Below are positions 59,074-60,707 of a DNA stretch of 60,707 bases, one piece after another. Made by a program: the position numbers and the translations under genes. How positions within the stretch are numbered: position 1 is the first letter of the stretch; each line of letters starts with the position of its first letter. Below the pieces are notes generated by a model. The model was not told the DNA's origin and made no database searches. It was given only the letters and a program-made list of their open reading frames with translations. The stretch comes from Burkholderiales bacterium (GTDB lineage Bacteria > Pseudomonadota > Gammaproteobacteria > Burkholderiales > SG8-39): positions 1 to 60,707 of the forward strand of contig JAYRND010000065.1 in NCBI GenBank assembly GCA_041904885.1, in the 5' to 3' direction.

Positions 59074-60707
59074 TACTTTTTCTTTCCTGCAGTGGGGTTG
59101 AGACTGGTGATGCGGCCGCTCTCCGTTCCCGCGGTTTCGTCGATCACGGCGTTGATAAGCGTGGGCCTGCGCGAGCGGATCGCCTCCTCCATCGCCTTGC
59201 GCAGCTCCGCCGGCGTCGATGCCTGCACGCCCACGCCGCCGAAGGCCTCCATCAGCTTGTCGTAGCGCGCGCCCTTCACGAACACCGTCGGCGCGGGATC
59301 GCGTCCGGTCGGGTCCTTGTCCGTGCCCTTGTACACGCCGTTGTTGTTCATCACGACGACGCACACCGGCAGGTTGTAGCGGCAGATCGTTTCCACCTCC
59401 ATGCCCGAGAAGCCGAACGCGCTGTCGCCTTCGATCGCGATCACCGGCTGCTTGGTCACCGTCGCGGCGGCGACGCAGTAGCCCATGCCCACGCCCATGA
59501 TTCCCCAGGTGCCCACGTCGATGCGCTTTCTCGGCCGGTACATGTCGACGATCGAGCGGGTGAAGTCGAGCGCGTTCGCGCCCTCGTTGACGAACATCGC
59601 CTCCGGATTCGCCTTGACGATGTCGCGCACGACGTTGAGGGCGCTGTGGAAGTTCATCGGCGTCGGGTTCTTCGCCAGCGTCTCGGCCATCTTGGCGACG
59701 TTGCCGTTTTTCTTTTCGGCGATGGCGCTCAGCCACTCCGCAGGGGGTTTCGGAAAATTACTCCCCATGGACGCCAGCAAGGCCGAAACACAGGACCCGA
59801 TGTCGCCAACCAGAGGCGCGTCGATGCGCACGTTGCTGTCGGCCTCCTGCGGCGAGATGTCGATCTGCACGAACTTCTGCCCGCCCCAGTCCTTGGCCGA
59901 CTTGCCGCCCCAGGTCTTGCCCTTGCCGTGCGAGAGCAGCCAGTTCAGGCGTGCGCCAATCAGCACTACCACGTCGGCACCAGGCAGGACGAAAGAGCGC
60001 GCCGCGGACGCACACAGCTCGTGCGTGTCGGGCAGCAGCCCCTTTGCCATCGACATCGGCAGGTAGGGAATGCCGGTCTTTTCCACCAGCCCTTTGATGT
60101 CGGCGTCGGCCTGGGCATACGCGGCGCCCTTGCCGAGGACGATGAGCGGCTTTTTCGCGGACCGCAGCAACTCGGCCGCGCGCTTCACTGCTTCCGGCGC
60201 GGGAATCTGCTTCGGCGCCGCGTCCACCACCTTGATGAGCGTCTTCCTGCCGAGCTCGGGGTCGACCGCCTGGGCGAACAGCTTCGCGGGCAGGTCGAGG
60301 TAGACGCCGCCCGGCCGGCCCGAGACCGCGGCGCGGATCGCGCGCGCGATGCCGACGCCGATATCCTCCGCATGCAGCACGCGGTAGGCGGCTTTGGCGA
60401 CCGGCTTGGCGATCGCGAGCTGGTCCATCTCCTCGTAATCGCCCTGCTGCAGGTCGACGATCTCGCGCTCGGAGGATCCGCTGATCAGGATCATCGGGAA
60501 GCAGTTGACGGTGGCGTGCGCGAGCGCGTTGAGGCCGTTCAGGAATCCCGGCGCCGAGACCGTCAGGCAGATGCCCGGCTTTTGCGTGAGGAAGCCGGCG
60601 ATCGATGCGGCGTAGCCCGCGTTCTGCTCATGCCGGAACGCGAGCACGCGCATGCCGTCGGCCTGTGCGCGACGCGTCAGGTCCGTGATCGGGATCCCGG
60701 GCAGGCC
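59073..60707 (-). CDS. oxc: oxalyl-CoA decarboxylase (ThDP-dependent), N-terminus beyond the right window edge
   Basis: The frame stays open past M at 60653 to the window edge ([34 protein letters not shown]...). The ThDP-binding motif is [31 protein letters not shown]. The stop overlaps the frc ATG by 1 nt (TAATG). Confidence 0.9.
   Translation of the reverse strand, partial: GLPGIPITDLTRRAQADGMRVLAFRHEQNAGYAASIAGFLTQKPGICLTVSAPGFLNGLNALAHATVNCFPMILISGSSEREIVDLQQGDYEEMDQLAIAKPVAKAAYRVLHAEDIGVGIARAIRAAVSGRPGGVYLDLPAKLFAQAVDPELGRKTLIKVVDAAPKQIPAPEAVKRAAELLRSAKKPLIVLGKGAAYAQADADIKGLVEKTGIPYLPMSMAKGLLPDTHELCASAARSFVLPGADVVVLIGARLNWLLSHGKGKTWGGKSAKDWGGQKFVQIDISPQEADSNVRIDAPLVGDIGSCVSALLASMGSNFPKPPAEWLSAIAEKKNGNVAKMAETLAKNPTPMNFHSALNVVRDIVKANPEAMFVNEGANALDFTRSIVDMYRPRKRIDVGTWGIMGVGMGYCVAAATVTKQPVIAIEGDSAFGFSGMEVETICRYNLPVCVVVMNNNGVYKGTDKDPTGRDPAPTVFVKGARYDKLMEAFGGVGVQASTPAELRKAMEEAIRSRRPTLINAVIDETAGTESGRITSLNPTAGKKK

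Noticed and set aside
1-60707. CRISPR arrays, rRNA/tRNA genes, prophage or toxin-antitoxin modules
   Set aside because: Scanning the short intergenic regions (5476-5569, 8601-8663, 42562-42827, 43272-43533, 43978-44117, 53976-54097, 56615-56869) showed no regularly spaced repeats, cloverleaf-like segments or small paired ORFs. Nothing supports such calls.

Overview
Visibly GC-rich proteobacterial chromosomal segment, resembling a betaproteobacterial sulfur oxidiser; this taxonomic guess is low confidence and no composition was computed. No rRNA, tRNA, CRISPR array, transposase or integrase was recognised. Layout, left to right: (1) 1-12.2 kb: partial sat, divergent from soxYZAXB with a coupled MBL hydrolase. 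These are followed by a ChrB-like protein, a BepA-like M48/TPR protease, moaC and a three-gene MacAB-type efflux system. (2) 12.2-42.2 kb: a ~30 kb glycan biosynthesis and export region in very tightly packed operons. It holds an rfbD-like reductase, a GH43 lipoprotein, methyltransferases, a fused MFS/spermidine-synthase-like membrane protein, two WavE-like proteins, twin nucleotidyltransferases and a HAD phosphatase. It also holds a radical SAM gene broken by one in-frame TAG, several GT-B glycosyltransferases, a cupin, a GDPD-family protein, Wzm/Wzt and a Gfo/Idh/MocA oxidoreductase. The right part carries two GT-C-like membrane proteins, a GT2 / FAD-oxidoreductase / GtrA module, an FkbM methyltransferase and two TPR + SPINDLY/OGT-like (GT41-like) proteins, one of them fused to a GT4 domain. 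(3) 42.6-49.9 kb: two tandem type IVa pilin genes, each with its own sigma54 -24/-12 promoter. Next come a strong terminator, a 1232-aa PAP2-like + MFS-like + spermidine-synthase-like fusion and a third TPR-OGT-like paralog. (4) 49.9-56.6 kb: a signalling block of GAF/HD-GYP, GAF-GspE/PilB-type ATPase, class II cyclic-nucleotide phosphodiesterase, dual-FHA protein and PP2C phosphatase. (5) 56.9-60.7 kb: an oxalate operon of oxc (partial), frc and a formyltransferase-like gene. The most interesting candidate is the pilin-centred set of OGT-like paralogs plus the PAP2/MFS/SpdS fusion, a possible undescribed filament or envelope modification system. The adjacent kinase-less, platform-less GAF-ATPase signalling block comes second. 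All functional calls rest on motif recognition by eye; no database search was run.
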